Assembly (NCBI GenBank): GCA_964392395.1
Contig: CAYMQV010000003.1
Span: 1 to 54,562, forward strand
From: an uncultured Gemmatimonadaceae bacterium
GTDB taxonomy: Bacteria > Gemmatimonadota > Gemmatimonadetes > Gemmatimonadales > Gemmatimonadaceae
Direction of reading: 5' to 3'
DNA length: 54,562 nt
Made by a program: the position numbers and the translations under genes. The notes beneath the pieces were generated by a model, which saw only the letters and a list, made by a program, of their open reading frames with translations, ran no database searches and had not been told where the DNA came from. Below, in pieces: positions 53,812 to 54,562 of this stretch. Every line of letters begins with the position of its first letter. The first letter of the stretch is position 1.

Positions 53812-54501
53812 GTGGCGACGAAGCAGGCGAAGCAACCGAAGCGGACCAGAAACACTCGCCAGCCACTCACCCGTGCCCTGGTACTGCAGCGTGCGATGGC
53901 GCTGGCCGATGCAGAAGGCATCGACGCGCTCACGATGCGATCGCTCGCCGGAGAGCTCGGCATCGAGGCGATGTCGCTCTACCATCATGTGGCGAACAAG
54001 GAGCGGATCCTGGATGGGATGATCGACATCGTGTTCGACGAAATCGGACTCCCGGCAGCAGGGCTTTCGTGGAGCGCAGCGCTTCGGTGGCGCGCGATAT
54101 CTGCCCGTCGCGTCCTGATGCAACACCGCTGGGCGGTCGGCCTGATGGATTCGCGCACCTCGATGGGTGCCGCCACGATGCGACACCACGACACGATGAT
54201 CGGCGTGTTGCGCGCGGCCGGCTTCTCGATGAGCGAGGTCGCCAAAGTGAGCGCCGTGATGGACTCGTACGTCTTTGGGTTCGTGCTCCAGGAGAGGAGC
54301 CTGCCGGGATCCAGCGCCGAGGAGATCGAGGCGATGACGACGGCGATGCTGGCGCAGTTTCCGCCTGACCAGTATCCGAACCTTCGTGCGTTCGCGGTCG
54401 AACATGTGCTTCAACCGGGTTTCGCGTTCGGGAACGAGTTCGAGCGCGGGCTGGATGTCGTTCTGGACGGGCTGGTGGCGGAGAACGTGACACGGCGCTG
54501 A
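53812..54501 (+). CDS. TetR-family transcriptional regulator (TetR_C-type C-terminal domain)
   Basis: The GTG at 53812 is preceded by AGGAGGGGAG. LTRALVLQRAMALADAEGIDALTMRSLAGELGIEAMSLYHHVANKERIL is a TetR HTH. Confidence 0.85.
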   Translation: MATKQAKQPKRTRNTRQPLTRALVLQRAMALADAEGIDALTMRSLAGELGIEAMSLYHHVANKERILDGMIDIVFDEIGLPAAGLSWSAALRWRAISARRVLMQHRWAVGLMDSRTSMGAATMRHHDTMIGVLRAAGFSMSEVAKVSAVMDSYVFGFVLQERSLPGSSAEEIEAMTTAMLAQFPPDQYPNLRAFAVEHVLQPGFAFGNEFERGLDVVLDGLVAENVTRR

Positions 54502-54526
54502 CACTTTCCCTCTTGTCCGCCCGACC

Positions 54527-54562
54527 CTTACACTGTAAGATGCTTGTCTCTTACACTGTAAG
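54527..54562. promoter_or_regulatory. two copies of palindrome CTTACA-C-TGTAAG, 23 bp apart (candidate operator pair)
   Basis: Identical 13-mers at 54527-54539 and 54550-54562. They lie 26 nt downstream of the TetR stop, and the second touches the window edge. Confidence 0.35.

Noticed and set aside
53137-54504. 455-aa minus-strand ORF across the IS30 relic and the TetR gene
   Set aside because: It is Arg/His/Pro-rich, and part of it simply translates the 12-bp repeat as PAPTPAPRPAP. The + strand has recognisable HTH proteins.
1-54562. tRNA, rRNA, tmRNA or riboswitch-like conserved RNA signatures
   Set aside because: A visual scan found no T-loop-type GGTTCGAATCC-like motifs with matching acceptor stems and no rRNA-like segments. 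A covariance-model scan (tRNAscan-SE/Infernal) is still needed for certainty.

Overview
This is a high-GC bacterial chromosomal window (roughly two-thirds G+C by eye). The gene content includes many exported peptidases and amidohydrolases, a TPR-type Ser/Thr kinase, a GxxExxY gene and Tat/lipoprotein-rich surface proteins. It resembles Gemmatimonadota/Acidobacteriota-like soil bacteria, but that is inference only. I can support about 45 protein-coding genes, 7-8 decayed gene remnants, several structured repeats and a few candidate operator sites. I found no rRNA, tRNA or CRISPR array. Ordinary content: M20, S58 (DmpA-like), S15 (CocE/NonD), D-aminoacylase, S41 and two beta-lactamase-fold hydrolases; a ribose-type sugar ABC operon; PadR, 2x TetR, MarR and 2x AraC regulators. 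Three regions deserve follow-up. (i) 26.3-36.4 kb holds an orphan four-gene minor-pilin operon (FimT/GspH-, PilV-, PilW-, PilX-like) in which every junction is a TGATG stop/start overlap. It lies next to a cluster of exclusively exported proteins of unknown function: a 1019-aa Tat-lipoprotein with a transglutaminase-like segment and a vWA (DxSxS) domain, bracketed by an outward-facing inverted pair of CARDB-like paralogs. (ii) Two same-orientation copies of a composite long-hairpin plus microsatellite element bracket a GxxExxY gene and the sugar ABC operon. (iii) A 9-copy CCCATGAA motif array abuts a truncated queG remnant, next to a nucleotidyltransferase-fold gene pair with a 119-nt out-of-frame overlap. 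All family assignments are motif recognition by eye; no database or HMM search was run. Several apparent frameshifts could be assembly errors rather than biology.
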